From Anaerolineae bacterium (GTDB lineage: Bacteria > Chloroflexota > Anaerolineae > UBA1429), in the NCBI GenBank assembly GCA_050949345.1, contig JBMNFN010000001.1:1083000-1146999 (forward strand): DNA of 64,000 bases. The letters run 5' to 3'. Under the pieces are notes generated by a model, which searched no databases, was not told where the DNA came from, and saw nothing but the letters and a program-made list of their open reading frames with translations. The position numbers were made by a program, and so were the translations under genes. Position 1 is the stretch's first letter. Each line of letters begins with the position of its first letter. Shown here in pieces: positions 11,101 to 19,364 of this stretch.

Positions 11101-11593
11101 GCCTGCCAAGCCTGCAGAGCCTGCACAACCGGCACCGGCCCCGGCGGAGGTCAAGACTGGCAGCCTGACCATCAGCAAGATCGTCACCGGCGACCTTGCC
11201 GATCAGACCAAGTACTTTGCCTTTACGATCGTCCTGGACGCGGCTGGTGACTATGGCTATACCGGGAGCGCCAGTGGGACCATCTCCAGTGGTGGCACCA
11301 TCCAACTCAAGCATGGTGACTCTATCACCATCGCGGGGTTGCCTGCCGGCACCCGGTACTCGGTGACCGAAAGCGGTCACGCAGGATATCGACCGTACGC
11401 AAGCGGAGACACCGGCGTCATCGTTCAGGATCAGACGTCCACGGCGGCCTTTACCAACACCAGGAGCTCGGTGCCAATGACCGGAGACACCAGTGATCTG
11501 GGACTCTGGCTGGGCATCATGGGCGCATCCTTCAGTGGGATGCTGGCGACGGTGCTCTTGGGTCGCAGACGACGCAGGAGTTCAGAGCGCTGA
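5987..11593 (+). CDS. giant cell-surface repeat adhesin, C-terminal fragment with sortase sorting signal
   Basis: Continues the same repeat in the +1 frame; the listed start is a GTG that is an internal Val of the repeat. Built of 171-aa units, each two ~85-aa YDG (MBG-like) modules, then an Ig-like stalk segment. C-terminus is SVPMTGD + hydrophobic LGLWLGIMGASFSGMLATVLLG + RRRRR tail, i.e. an LPXTG-type signal. Confidence 0.85.
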   Translation: MTGYTVAIDNPLYTEADFTFSGDATVSGTNAGTYDMALSADDFSNISANFANVTFVIVDGSLTMTKRAVTLTSATDSKVYDGTPLTNPTVTVSGDGFATGEGAAWDVTGTQTEVGTSDNTFTYTLNEGTLAQNYDITTVEGTLTVTALTDTVTVTITENSGTELYDGSEKTVTGYTVAIDNPLYTEADFTFSGDATVSGTNAGTYDMALSADDFSNISANFANVTFVIVDGSLTITKRAVTLTSATDSKVYDGTPLTNPTVTVSGDGFATGEGAAWDVTGTQTEVGTSDNTFTYTLNEGTLAENYDITTVEGTLTVTALTDTVTVTITENSGTELYDGSEKTVTGYTVAIDNPLYTEADFTFSGDATVSGTNAGTYDMALSADDFSNISANFANVTFVIVDGSLTITKRAVTLTSATDSKMYDGTPLTNPTVTVSGDGFATGEGAAWDVIGTQTEVGTSDNTFTYTLNEGTLAENYDITTVEGTLTVTALTDTVTVTITENSGTELYDGSEKTVTGYTVAIDNPLYTEADFTFSGDATVSGTNAGTYDMALSADDFSNISANFANVTFVIVDGSLTITKRAVTLTSATDSKVYDGTPLTNPTVTVSGDGFATGEGAAWDVTGTQTEVGTSDNTFTYTLNEGTLAENYDITTVEGTLTVTALTDTVTVTITENSGTELYDGSEKTVTGYTVAIDNPLYTEADFTFSGDATVSGTNAGTYDMALSADDFSNISANFANVTFVIVDGSLTITKRAVTLTSATDSKMYDGTPLTNPTVTVSGDGFATGEGAAWDVIGTQTEVGTSDNTFTYTLNEGTLADNYDITTVEGTLTVTALTDTVTVTITENSGTELYDGSEKTVTGYTVAIDNPLYTEADFTFSGDATVSGTNAGTYDMALSADDFSNISANFANVTFVIVDGSLTITKRAVTLTSATDSKMYDGTPLTNPTVTVSGDGFATGEGAAWDVIGTQTEVGTSNNTFTYTLNEGTLADNYDITTVEGTLTVTALTDTVTVTITENSGTELYDGSEKTVTGYTVAIDNPLYTEADFTFSGDATVSGTNAGTYDMALSPDDFSNISANFANVTFVIVDDTLTITKRAVTLTSATDSKVYDGTALTNSTVTVSGDGFADGEGATWDVIGTQTEVGTSNNTFTYTLNEGTLADNYDITTVEGTLEVTPVTDLVTVTITENSGTELYDGSEKTVTGYTVAIDNPLYTEADFTFSGDATVSGTNAGTYDMALSADDFSNISANFANVTFVIVDGSLTITKRAVTLTSATDSKVYDGTALTNSTVTVSGDGFATGEGATWDVTGTQTEVGTSNNTFTYTLNEGTLAQNYDITTVEGTLEVTPVTDLVTVTITGNNGTEKYDGLPKTVSGYTVDISNPLYTEADYTFSGIDSVNGLNVATYLMGLAAADFANISPNFTNVEFVVVDGALHITKRVVTLTSATDSKVYDGTPLTNPTVTIGGDGFADGEGATFDVTGSQTRVGSSSNSFTYMLNGDTVSYPLNNSPLAYVLAASTLAGNYDITVIEGTLTVTPVTDVVTVTITGNSGSAMYDGTVKTVTGYTVTIDNPLYTEADFTFSGTDAVSATNAGSYPMGLTADAFANNNPNFANVSFVIVDGGLEITRRAVTLTSATDNKVYDGTPLMNPGVAVSGDGFANGDGALYDVTGSQTEVGTSKNTFSYSLSANTLASNYVITRVEGTLTVTEAPAKPAEPAQPAPAPAEVKTGSLTISKIVTGDLADQTKYFAFTIVLDAAGDYGYTGSASGTISSGGTIQLKHGDSITIAGLPAGTRYSVTESGHAGYRPYASGDTGVIVQDQTSTAAFTNTRSSVPMTGDTSDLGLWLGIMGASFSGMLATVLLGRRRRRSSER

Positions 11594-11612
11594 CAGGACA
11601 CCAGATGCGTTG

Positions 11613-11645
11613 CAGAGGCCGGGAGCTAGTAACTCCCGGCCTCTG
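11613..11645 (+). terminator. 13-bp perfect hairpin between adhesin and sortase (terminator-like, no U-tract)
   Basis: CAGAGGCCGGGAG-ctagtaa-CTCCCGGCCTCTG. It starts 20 nt after the adhesin stop and ends 24 nt before the sortase ATG. It is followed by tcagaaat, not a U run. Confidence 0.4.
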
Positions 11646-11668
11646 TCAGAAATGGATTACACACGAAC

Positions 11669-12544
11669 ATGCAGGACAAGGTCTCCAGGACATCAAGGCG
11701 CGGTTGGTTGACAGCCGGTCTCTTGCTGGTGTTTTGCACCGGACTGGCCGTGAGCGGCTACAAGGTGCTCAGCATCGTAAGCCAGAACCGTCAGGCCGCC
11801 AGCGCCTACTCTGAACTACGCGTGGCGGCGCAGAGCGCGCCCGTCACGACACGGGATGTTCAGCCGACTGCGCAGGCGCAACCCGCTCTCGGCACCGTAG
11901 CAGAGGTGCCCCTGACCGGTACCCCGCACGGAACGGACAATCCCCCCACCCCTCCTGAGCCGACGGCCGCCCCGCATCAGAGAAGCCTGGACTTTGCTAC
12001 GCTGCAGGAGAGCGCCCCCAACATCGTCGCCTGGATCACAGCCCAGGGCACCAGCATCGACTATCCTGTGATGCACACCGACGATAACGACTATTACCTG
12101 ACCCACTTGTACAACGGTGAACCGAACCGCAGCGGCTCCATCTATGTGGACTATCGCAACTCGGGCAGCTTTACCGAGCGCAACACGGTGATCTATGGGC
12201 ATCTGATGAAGAACGGAACCATGTTCAACGCCTTGGAAGAGTTCAAGGCGCAGGACTTTTACGATACCCATCCCACCATGACGCTGTTTACGCCCGACGG
12301 AGACTACCTGATCGAGCTGGTCAGCGGCACGGTTGAGAACGGTGATCGTGAGTTTGTGCGATTCGACCTGGCTGACGATGAGAGCGTCCGCCAGTACGTT
12401 CAAGAGCTCAAGGCACGCTCCACCTTTGAGAGCAACGTCGACCTGCAGCCGGGCGACAGACTGGTATCGTTGTTGACCTGCTCCTATGAACGGGCAAACG
12501 CGCGTTACATGGTGGTAGGCCGGTTGGTAGCGCTCAATCCCTAG
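11669..12544 (+). CDS. srtB: class B sortase
   Basis: N-terminal TM segment and a proline-rich linker. Motifs IDYPVMHTDDNDYYLTH, GSIYVDYRN, TVIYGHLMKNGTMF and catalytic-Cys motif LLTCSY match the SrtB-type signature. Lies immediately downstream of its likely substrate. Confidence 0.85.
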   Translation: MQDKVSRTSRRGWLTAGLLLVFCTGLAVSGYKVLSIVSQNRQAASAYSELRVAAQSAPVTTRDVQPTAQAQPALGTVAEVPLTGTPHGTDNPPTPPEPTAAPHQRSLDFATLQESAPNIVAWITAQGTSIDYPVMHTDDNDYYLTHLYNGEPNRSGSIYVDYRNSGSFTERNTVIYGHLMKNGTMFNALEEFKAQDFYDTHPTMTLFTPDGDYLIELVSGTVENGDREFVRFDLADDESVRQYVQELKARSTFESNVDLQPGDRLVSLLTCSYERANARYMVVGRLVALNP

Positions 12545-12704
12545 ATCGGGTACGCGGCGGCCCCGCCGGCAGGAGCGCACCTATCCTTCCCCGTCGTACA
12601 GGATACACCAAGGTGCCCCGCTGCTCCGCTCGTGACAACCCCGAGAGCGGCGTTCTCCTTCGCGCAAGTTCCACGGACCTTGGACTCTGCCCGGCATCCG
12701 CAAG

Positions 12705-13487
12705 CTAGAGATCGAAAGCAGCTACGACAAAGGTGTGATCAGAGGGGCGCTCCGCGCGGCGCGCCTCCAAGTCGATCCACGCGCCCGTGCACCGATCAGC
12801 CAGCGGTGCCGTGGCCAGCAGATGATCGATACGCCAGCCAACCCCGCGTTCGATGGCGTTCCTGACACGGTAGTCAAAGTAGCTGTACTGGCCGGGCTCC
12901 TCTGGATGGTGTTTACGAAATACGTCAATCAGCCCCCAGTCACAGAGTCTGGCAAAGGCCTCGCGCACCAGTGGATGATAGTCCACGTGCTCGGCGTTGG
13001 CCTTGGGGTCGTGGATGTCGATCGGCTGGGGCGCTACGTTGAGATCGCCGCACAGCAGCACGGGCTGTGACACCGCAAAGCGACGCTCCAGCTGAGCGCG
13101 CAGACGATCGAACCAGGCCAGTTTGTACTGAAACATCTCATGGTCGATGCTGCGCCCCTGGGGCACATAGGCGTTCAGAACGTGTATCCCACGCACGCTG
13201 GCAGCAATGAGCCGGGGGCAATCGGGGGGGCCGTCGTCGTCGAGGCCGCAACGCACATCCGCCAGCTCCTCCCGGCTGACGATGGCCACCCCGGCGTGCG
13301 CCTTTTGTCCCGCATAGTACACATGGAGCCCGGCGTCGCTAAAGGCAGCGACGGGAAAGTCCTCGTCCTGCACCTTGGTCTCTTGCACACAGAGCAGGTC
13401 TACACCCGTGCTGGTCATCCAACTGATGACCTGCTCCAGTCGGGTGCGGATAGAGTTGGCGTTGTAGGTTGCAATCAGGAAACTCAC
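12705..13487 (-). CDS. xth: exodeoxyribonuclease III
   Basis: 260 aa, collinear with E. coli Xth (YNANSIR..., LLCVQETKV, FDYR, SDH near the C-terminus). GTG start overlaps the upstream stop (GTGA). Confidence 0.9.
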   Translation of the reverse strand: MSFLIATYNANSIRTRLEQVISWMTSTGVDLLCVQETKVQDEDFPVAAFSDAGLHVYYAGQKAHAGVAIVSREELADVRCGLDDDGPPDCPRLIAASVRGIHVLNAYVPQGRSIDHEMFQYKLAWFDRLRAQLERRFAVSQPVLLCGDLNVAPQPIDIHDPKANAEHVDYHPLVREAFARLCDWGLIDVFRKHHPEEPGQYSYFDYRVRNAIERGVGWRIDHLLATAPLADRCTGAWIDLEARRAERPSDHTFVVAAFDL

Positions 13488-15016
13488 AATCCTTCCACTC
13501 CTCCCATAATCTGCGCATTGCTCAGCCCGTCGTACAGGGGCTCCAGAGCCCGATAGGCCTGCAGAAACAGCTCATAGTAGCTCAGATAAGCGGCAGCGCG
13601 CGCCGCGTCCGGCACTTCACCCGGCGTGACGCGCACCCAGGCAGCCCCATCCGCATAACTGCCAAGCAGCCCCACCCCTACGGCTGCCGCCATGGCCGCC
13701 CCCAGCGCTGTCGCTTCCGCCGGAAGCTCGGCACGCAACAGGGGCACCTCGAGCACATCCGCCAGAATCTGGCGCCACAGTGCCGATCGGGCGCCACCAC
13801 CGATGACCCGCAGGGCCGGCACAACGGCACCCTGCGCTCGAAAAGCCCTGAAGATGGTACGTAAGTTAAAGGCCACGCCCTCCAGCACCGCCCTGGCCAG
13901 CTCGGCGCGCCCATGCTCCATACCGAGCCCCAGAAAGGCGCCGCGGGCCCTGGGATTCCAGTGGGGGCTGCGCTCGCCGATCAGATACGGCAGGTACAGC
14001 AGTCGCCGTGCGCCGACAGGTACTGAGCCCGCCAGTCGATCGAGCTCCTGATAGGCGGGCTGATCCTGCTCTCCGCGCAAGAGACGCTCCAGCCAATCGT
14101 AAGAGCCGCCCGCACACTGCATGGTGCCCGTGGGAAAGACATAGCGCGGGTCGAGGTGAGCAAAGGTAAAGGTCCGGCGTTGTGGATCCAGGAGCGGCTC
14201 TCTGGTGACGATCGAAATCCATGAGGAGGACCCGATATAGTTGTAGGCATCCGAAGGCTCCAGCACTCCTGCACCGGCCGTGGCACAGGCGCCGTCCCCA
14301 CCGCCGATCACCACAGGGGTGTCAGGCTGCAGGCCGGTCTCTTTGGCAGCAGAGCGGGTCACCCCGCCCACCACCGTGGAGGAGGGCACCGCCGGTGGCA
14401 AGACCTCCATGGGCAAGCCCAGCTTGTCCATGATCTCCACGGACCATTGACGTTCATTGAGATCAAAGAGGTTGGTGCCCGAGGCGTCCGAGTAATCCGT
14501 AGCGAACACCCCCGTCAGACGATGCACCACATAGTCCTTGGCCTGCAGCATCCACCGCGTGCTCTGGACCAGATCCGGATAGTGCGCTCTATGCCAAAGC
14601 CACTTGGCCGCCGTATAACTCGGGCTGGCGCGGTGACCCGTGATCCGATAGATCTCTTGCTCACCCACCTGGTCGGCGATCCATGTCGCCTGCTCGTGGG
14701 CACGCTGATCGGCCCAGATGAGCGCAGAGGAGAGCGGCCGACCGGTGCGATCCACCGGCAGGCAGGCCATCATCTGACCCGAGCATCCCACCGCGGCGAT
14801 CTCTGCTGCCTGCCGTCGCGACTGGGCCAGCAGTTGGCGCGTGGATGCGACCACGGCGCGCCACCAATCCTCCGGATTTTGCTCAGCACGGCCTCCGGAA
14901 CCATATTGTGTCTCATAGGGCGAAAAGGCACTGCCCAGCACCTGTCCTTGCCCGTCCAGCAGGGTGGCCTTGTTGCCGGTGGTGCCAAGGTCATGTGCCA
15001 GAATAAGCTCTTTCAT
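13484..15016 (-). CDS. FGGY-family carbohydrate kinase (xylulokinase-like)
   Basis: N-terminal LILAHDLGTTGNKATLLD actin-fold ATPase motif and GGGA(R)S near the C-terminus. I chose the ATG at 15016 because it forms an ATGA overlap with the upstream stop. Confidence 0.85.
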   Translation of the reverse strand: MKELILAHDLGTTGNKATLLDGQGQVLGSAFSPYETQYGSGGRAEQNPEDWWRAVVASTRQLLAQSRRQAAEIAAVGCSGQMMACLPVDRTGRPLSSALIWADQRAHEQATWIADQVGEQEIYRITGHRASPSYTAAKWLWHRAHYPDLVQSTRWMLQAKDYVVHRLTGVFATDYSDASGTNLFDLNERQWSVEIMDKLGLPMEVLPPAVPSSTVVGGVTRSAAKETGLQPDTPVVIGGGDGACATAGAGVLEPSDAYNYIGSSSWISIVTREPLLDPQRRTFTFAHLDPRYVFPTGTMQCAGGSYDWLERLLRGEQDQPAYQELDRLAGSVPVGARRLLYLPYLIGERSPHWNPRARGAFLGLGMEHGRAELARAVLEGVAFNLRTIFRAFRAQGAVVPALRVIGGGARSALWRQILADVLEVPLLRAELPAEATALGAAMAAAVGVGLLGSYADGAAWVRVTPGEVPDAARAAAYLSYYELFLQAYRALEPLYDGLSNAQIMGGVEGL

Positions 15017-15763
15017 CTCCCCTGCCCCCACTCCAGACGGCGCCAACGCAGTTCACGGTGCTCCAAGTCATACAGCATGGCTGTATGGGGGAACTCGCAC
15101 AACGCCGGCGCCGTGGAAAACCAGGTGTCCCCCAGGCGAAAGGGAGGCACACCGGGATGATAGTGCCCGCTGAGGACCAGCGCCACACGCCCCGAGGAGA
15201 CGACTGCCTCGGCCAGCGCCTCCCCATCCTGATAGGTGTGTGGATAGCTCGCATCCAGGCGGGGTTGCAGGACATAGTGCTGCACATGGATCTGCGGGCA
15301 GCTCCCTGTTGTGCCCAGCATGCACTCGAACAGGGCACGCTCCCGCCCCACACGCCTGGGCACGTGCCCCTCCTCCTCCTGATCGACAAAGGCGACGGCC
15401 CGATAGCCGCCCAGCCTGAGGTCCCGCTGCGGCGCAAATGCCGCCAGCACCTGCTCCTCCAGGTCATGGTTACCCGGGACCACCAGCCAGGGGAAAGGCG
15501 TGCGGCCTAACACCGACACGACGATATCCAGATCCCGTTGTGCGCTCTCCCCCTCGGCAGAATCGGGAGCCGTGCCAGAGGGAACATCCACCAAATCGCC
15601 ACTCAACACACCCAGATCGGCCCCCAGGCGAATCCCGGTGTGAACCACCTGATCCAGTATCTCGGGCATGCGCCGGCTGTCACGGCCGCGAACGGCGGAG
15701 CTCCCCGGCAGATGCTGGCGCAGATGCAGATCCGAAACGTGCAGTATCCTCACGTCTGGCCTC
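15013..15763 (-). CDS. metallophosphoesterase
   Basis: VRILHVSDLHL, GDLVD, GNHD and SGHYH motifs. GTG at 15763 has AGGAGG 6 nt upstream; the ORF-track start at 15807 is a TTG without an SD. Confidence 0.75.
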
Positions 15764-15872
15764 CTCGATGTTGCCCTAGCATTACCGAATACGGCATCAC
15801 CCGTCAAGCCTTGGAAGGGCTCCCTCGGCAGTGGTATACTGACCAGTGTGATTCCCTTACGCGAGGTACTCT

Positions 15873-16553
15873 ATGGGGCGCAACCTTTTCAGTTTGCCTG
15901 TGCAGATCGTGCTGGCGATAGCCGTCTCCGTGGTGCTGGTGGCGTCTCCCCTCTATCCGATCCTGAGCCCGTCGTACCCGGGAAGGTTGTATGAACTCGA
16001 GGGGTTCCCGCCCTCGGACCGCTTCAGCACCCCGGAGCGCACCCGCCTCGCATCGACGATCTGGCGCTTTTGCAGGGGGGCGATACCCTACGCCGATCTG
16101 ACCGCCATGGCCACGGACAGTGGTGAGACGGCCCTGCTTCCTTCAGAGGCGCAGCACCTGGAGGACGTGCGCCTGGTGGTGCGGGCTTTTACTCGGGCAC
16201 ATGTAGCGGGGCTCATCCTCGCCGTTCTGGGGGCAGTGCTGTTGTGGCGCCGTCAACGCCGCCAGCTGGTGTGGGCGCTGCGTGCCGGGGTTTTGCTTGC
16301 GGTCGGAATCCTCGCCCTGATCGCCATTTCGGCTCTGGTAGACTTTGATACGTTCTTTACCGCGTTTCACGGATTGTTTTTTGTCGAGGGCACATGGACC
16401 TTTCGGTACACCGATACCCTGATCCAACTGTATCCCCTCCCCTTTTGGACCACGGCGGTACTCCATTATGCGCTCTTGATCGGCGCTCTCTCAGCGGCAA
16501 CACTGGGATTGGCGGGAGGACTGCAGCGTGTGGACGCACAGGAGCATCGATGA
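15873..16553 (+). CDS. integral membrane protein, TIGR01906/DUF1461 (Lit-like) family
   Basis: About four TM segments plus the C-terminal FHGLFFVEGTWTF...DTLIQLYP..FW region that I associate with this family. Family recall only. Confidence 0.55.
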   Translation: MGRNLFSLPVQIVLAIAVSVVLVASPLYPILSPSYPGRLYELEGFPPSDRFSTPERTRLASTIWRFCRGAIPYADLTAMATDSGETALLPSEAQHLEDVRLVVRAFTRAHVAGLILAVLGAVLLWRRQRRQLVWALRAGVLLAVGILALIAISALVDFDTFFTAFHGLFFVEGTWTFRYTDTLIQLYPLPFWTTAVLHYALLIGALSAATLGLAGGLQRVDAQEHR

Positions 16554-17188
16554 TCTCGATTGAGCAGGCCAGTCAACACTATGAGGACAACGATGCCGCC
16601 CACGGCTTTGACCATGTTTTGAGGGTCACCCAATTGGCGGAAATGATCGGAGCAGCAGAGGGCGCCGATATGGAAATCCTGCGTACCGCCGCGCTGCTGC
16701 ACGATGTGGGACGGGCTGAGCAGGAACGCACGGGAATCAACCATGCCGAGTTGGGCGCCCGGTTCGCACGACGGATACTGGCAGGCAACCCGCCTGAACG
16801 CATAGAGGCGGTGGCCGAGGCGATCCTGCAGCATCGCTATCGTATCGACAACCCGCCCAGCACCATCGAGGCGCGGGCCCTGTATGACGCGGACAAGCTG
16901 GATTCCATCGGCGCCATCGGCGTAGCGCGGGCCTATGCCTTTGCAGGCAAGACGGGGCAGAGGATGTGGGACAGGGTCGACCCCGGGTATGCCGATCTGG
17001 ATAGCCAAACCGTGAGTGAAAATCTGGCGCATGGCAGGCATACTCCCGTGCACGAGTTCACCTTCAAGCTGGTCAAACTGAAGGATTGCCTGCTGACGGC
17101 GACAGGGCGTCGCCTGGCGATAGAGCGGCACCGCTACATGGTGGCTTTTTTCGAGCGGCTCGAGCGCGAGGTGGCAGGGGAGATCTAG
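16550..17188 (+). CDS. HD-domain phosphohydrolase
   Basis: AHGFDHVLRV ... LLHDVGR (H..HD motif). ATG at 16550 overlaps the upstream stop (ATGA), so the ORF-track 5' extension is rejected. Confidence 0.8.
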   Translation: MISIEQASQHYEDNDAAHGFDHVLRVTQLAEMIGAAEGADMEILRTAALLHDVGRAEQERTGINHAELGARFARRILAGNPPERIEAVAEAILQHRYRIDNPPSTIEARALYDADKLDSIGAIGVARAYAFAGKTGQRMWDRVDPGYADLDSQTVSENLAHGRHTPVHEFTFKLVKLKDCLLTATGRRLAIERHRYMVAFFERLEREVAGEI

Positions 17189-17625
17189 TCAGGGGATTGC
17201 TCTTTCCGTCGCGCCCGCTCCTCCTCAACCAGCTGCGCAAAGGAAGTGGATTCCAGGATCTCCTGGGTGGCTCGAGTCACTTTTTCCCACACACTGCGCA
17301 CCGGACAGAAGCCGCTTCGCAGACAGTCGTGTATCACGTCATCCTGCACACAGGCCGTGACCGCCAGAGGTCCTTCCAGCGCCAGCACCGCCTCTGCCAA
17401 AGAAACGGCCTCAGGCGCCCGGGCCAATGTATGCCCACCCTGCGGTCCCCGGCGACTGAGGATGATGCCCGCTTTGCGCAGGCTGATCAGCAGTTGATAC
17501 AGGTAATTCTCGGGGATCTCCCTGGCCGCAGCGATCTCACTGCTCTGGATGTACCCTTCTCCATAGCGCCAACTCAGCTCGAGCAGCGCCCGGATGCCGT
17601 ACTCCCCTTTGGTTGATATCTTCAT
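17185..17625 (-). CDS. Rrf2-family transcriptional regulator
   Basis: MKISTKGEYGIRALLEL N-terminal winged-helix signature and Cys residues in the C-terminal half (candidate cluster ligands). Divergent from the TtcA-like gene. Confidence 0.85.
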   Translation of the reverse strand: MKISTKGEYGIRALLELSWRYGEGYIQSSEIAAAREIPENYLYQLLISLRKAGIILSRRGPQGGHTLARAPEAVSLAEAVLALEGPLAVTACVQDDVIHDCLRSGFCPVRSVWEKVTRATQEILESTSFAQLVEEERARRKEQSPD

Positions 17626-17659
17626 CTTGAACCTGCCCTGCACTCGAAGAAGCGCATCA

Positions 17660-17688
17660 ATTCTATCAAGATTCTTTAATTATAGAAT
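17660..17688. promoter_or_regulatory. AT-rich 29-bp palindromic element in the Rrf2/ttcA divergent region (candidate Rrf2 operator)
   Basis: ATTCTAT-n15-ATAGAAT with a nested GATTCT-n8-AGAATC. It is an AT-rich island in a GC-rich genome, and its size fits Rrf2/IscR-type sites. Confidence 0.4.
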
Positions 17689-17771
17689 CCCAGCAAACAG
17701 TGTCAAGACCCGTGCTGCTGCTGCACCGTTGTGCAATTGCCTGCCAGCCCCGGCGATGATACACTCGCGCC

Positions 17772-18494
17772 ATGAGCCGACCGGATACCCTGGCACACTA
17801 TATGCTGCGCAGCATCAACAAAGCCCACCGCCACTTTCGGTTGTTTGCCGACGGCGACCGGGTGCTGGTGGCAGTATCCGGGGGTAAAGACAGCCTCAGC
17901 ATGCTGGACCTGCTGTACCGACGAAGGATCACGGGACCCGAGAGGCTGGAGCTGGTGGTGGGGCACGTGCGCACCGACTATCACTGTGGACGTGCTGTGC
18001 CAGAAGCCTGGTTGCAAGAGTGGTGTGATCAGCGAGGCTTGCCGCTGCATGTGGTGGACATTCCAGTGGCGGAACGGGTATCCAGAAGCAAACAGTCGCA
18101 TTGCTTCTGGTGTTCACGTCTGAGACGACGTGCACTCTTTGAGCTTGCCCGTGAAACCGGTTGTGGCAAGTTGGCTTTTGGACACCACGCCGACGATGTG
18201 GCCGAAACGGTGGTGATGAACCTGTTCTACAATGGACGCATCGAGCCGATGCAGGCCCGGTCGGAGCTGTTTGGAGGCGCTCTGGTGGTGGTGCGGCCAA
18301 TGGTGTGGGTGGAGGAGCGCGACATTGTCACTTTTGCGCGCGCCGTGGGATATCCCATTGCGGGTGAGCCCTGCCCCGATGGAGCCGGGTCCCGCCGCGC
18401 GTTGGTCAAACGGTTACTACGAGAAGCAGATGGTCCGGGAACCGACGTCAAACGATCGATACACGGTGCGCTCAGCCGTTACCGGCCCGGCTAG
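17772..18494 (+). CDS. ttcA: PP-loop ATPase, tRNA 2-thiocytidine synthase (TtcA)-like
   Basis: VAVSGGKDS PP-loop, plus CFWCSRLRR and EPCP cysteine motifs expected for Fe-S TtcA-type thiolases. Confidence 0.75.
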   Translation: MSRPDTLAHYMLRSINKAHRHFRLFADGDRVLVAVSGGKDSLSMLDLLYRRRITGPERLELVVGHVRTDYHCGRAVPEAWLQEWCDQRGLPLHVVDIPVAERVSRSKQSHCFWCSRLRRRALFELARETGCGKLAFGHHADDVAETVVMNLFYNGRIEPMQARSELFGGALVVVRPMVWVEERDIVTFARAVGYPIAGEPCPDGAGSRRALVKRLLREADGPGTDVKRSIHGALSRYRPG

Positions 18495-18537
18495 GTCCTG
18501 CGGGTCGGCCGATGTTGCTCGTGCTACAGGAGGCCTC

Positions 18538-19143
18538 ATGTCGGAACGAACGGTGCCTTGCACATACTTTGACCAATCTGGCCCACAGAATACGGACAGG
18601 ACCCTCCAGCTTGCCCGGCAGCGTGCCGACGAACTGGGCATCCGTCACGTGGTAGTGGCCAGCACCAGTGGAGAGACGGGCCTGCTGGCGGCTCGCCTGT
18701 TTGCCGGGCAGGATCGTGAGATCATCGTGGTCTCCCATTCCGCCGGCTTTGCCGAGCGCAACACCCAGGAGCTGACCGAGGCCAATCGTCAGGCCATTCT
18801 GGAGGCCGGAGCTCGCATCGTCACCACGCAGCATGCCCTCGGCGGCGTCAACCGTGCGGTGCGCCGCAAGTTCGGCACCTATCAGCTGGATGAGATCATC
18901 GCCTTTGTACTCCGCACCTTTTCCCAGGGTCTCAAAGTGGCCTGTGAGATCACGATGATGGCCACGGATGCGGGCCTTACCCCCGCTGGCAGCCCCGTGC
19001 TGGCCATCGGCGGCACAGGGCACGGTGCCGATACGGCTGCGGTGATACTCGCCGCCAACGCACAGGACTTGTTTGATCTGCGTGTCCTGGAGTTGATTTG
19101 CAAGCCCTCGCGATACCCGACTCAGGAGGAGGGTGTCGAGTAG
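18538..19143 (+). CDS. pyruvate kinase C-terminal (alpha/beta) domain-like protein
   Basis: ATG at 18538 with AGGAGG upstream. YFDQSGPQNTDRTLQLARQRADELGIRHVVVASTSGETG resembles stand-alone PK_C-domain proteins. Family recall only. Confidence 0.55.
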   Translation: MSERTVPCTYFDQSGPQNTDRTLQLARQRADELGIRHVVVASTSGETGLLAARLFAGQDREIIVVSHSAGFAERNTQELTEANRQAILEAGARIVTTQHALGGVNRAVRRKFGTYQLDEIIAFVLRTFSQGLKVACEITMMATDAGLTPAGSPVLAIGGTGHGADTAAVILAANAQDLFDLRVLELICKPSRYPTQEEGVE

Positions 19144-19298
19144 CCACAGAGGACACGGTGTACGGCAGTGAATGCGCCATCCGCAGCACCTATCTCTTAC
19201 AACAGTCCGGTGGCACTTGGTGCCGGACGTTCCGGAGCACGCCTGTTAGCCTGGCGTGCCGTGGCAGTGCCGCGCCAAGTCGCATCACGCGGACAAAC

Positions 19299-19332
19299 AC
19301 ACACCGCCCTCCGACGCCAGAGGGCGGTGTGT
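19299..19332. terminator. hairpin terminator between convergent genes
   Basis: ACACACCGCCCTC-cgacgcca-GAGGGCGGTGTGT, 13-bp perfect stem, flanked by caaac upstream and ttctc downstream. Confidence 0.55.
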
Positions 19333-19364
19333 TTCTCAACGAATGATGGCGAGCAGCGGCAGCG

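Noticed and set aside
5975-11380. 1,801-aa antisense ORF across the adhesin repeats, plus the recurring 86-aa antisense ORFs at 6085, 7111, 8137 and 8650
   Set aside because: It stays open only because one stop-free antisense frame of a 513-bp unit is copied many times. The translation is G/D/V/R-rich low complexity with no start signal, whereas the sense strand encodes a coherent secreted, sortase-anchored protein.
17185-17188. Convergent HD-hydrolase and Rrf2 genes share their stop codons in a CTAG palindrome (4-bp overlap)
   Set aside because: The overlap is real in the sequence but probably just reflects compact genome organisation. There is no evidence of function beyond the lack of a terminator between the genes.
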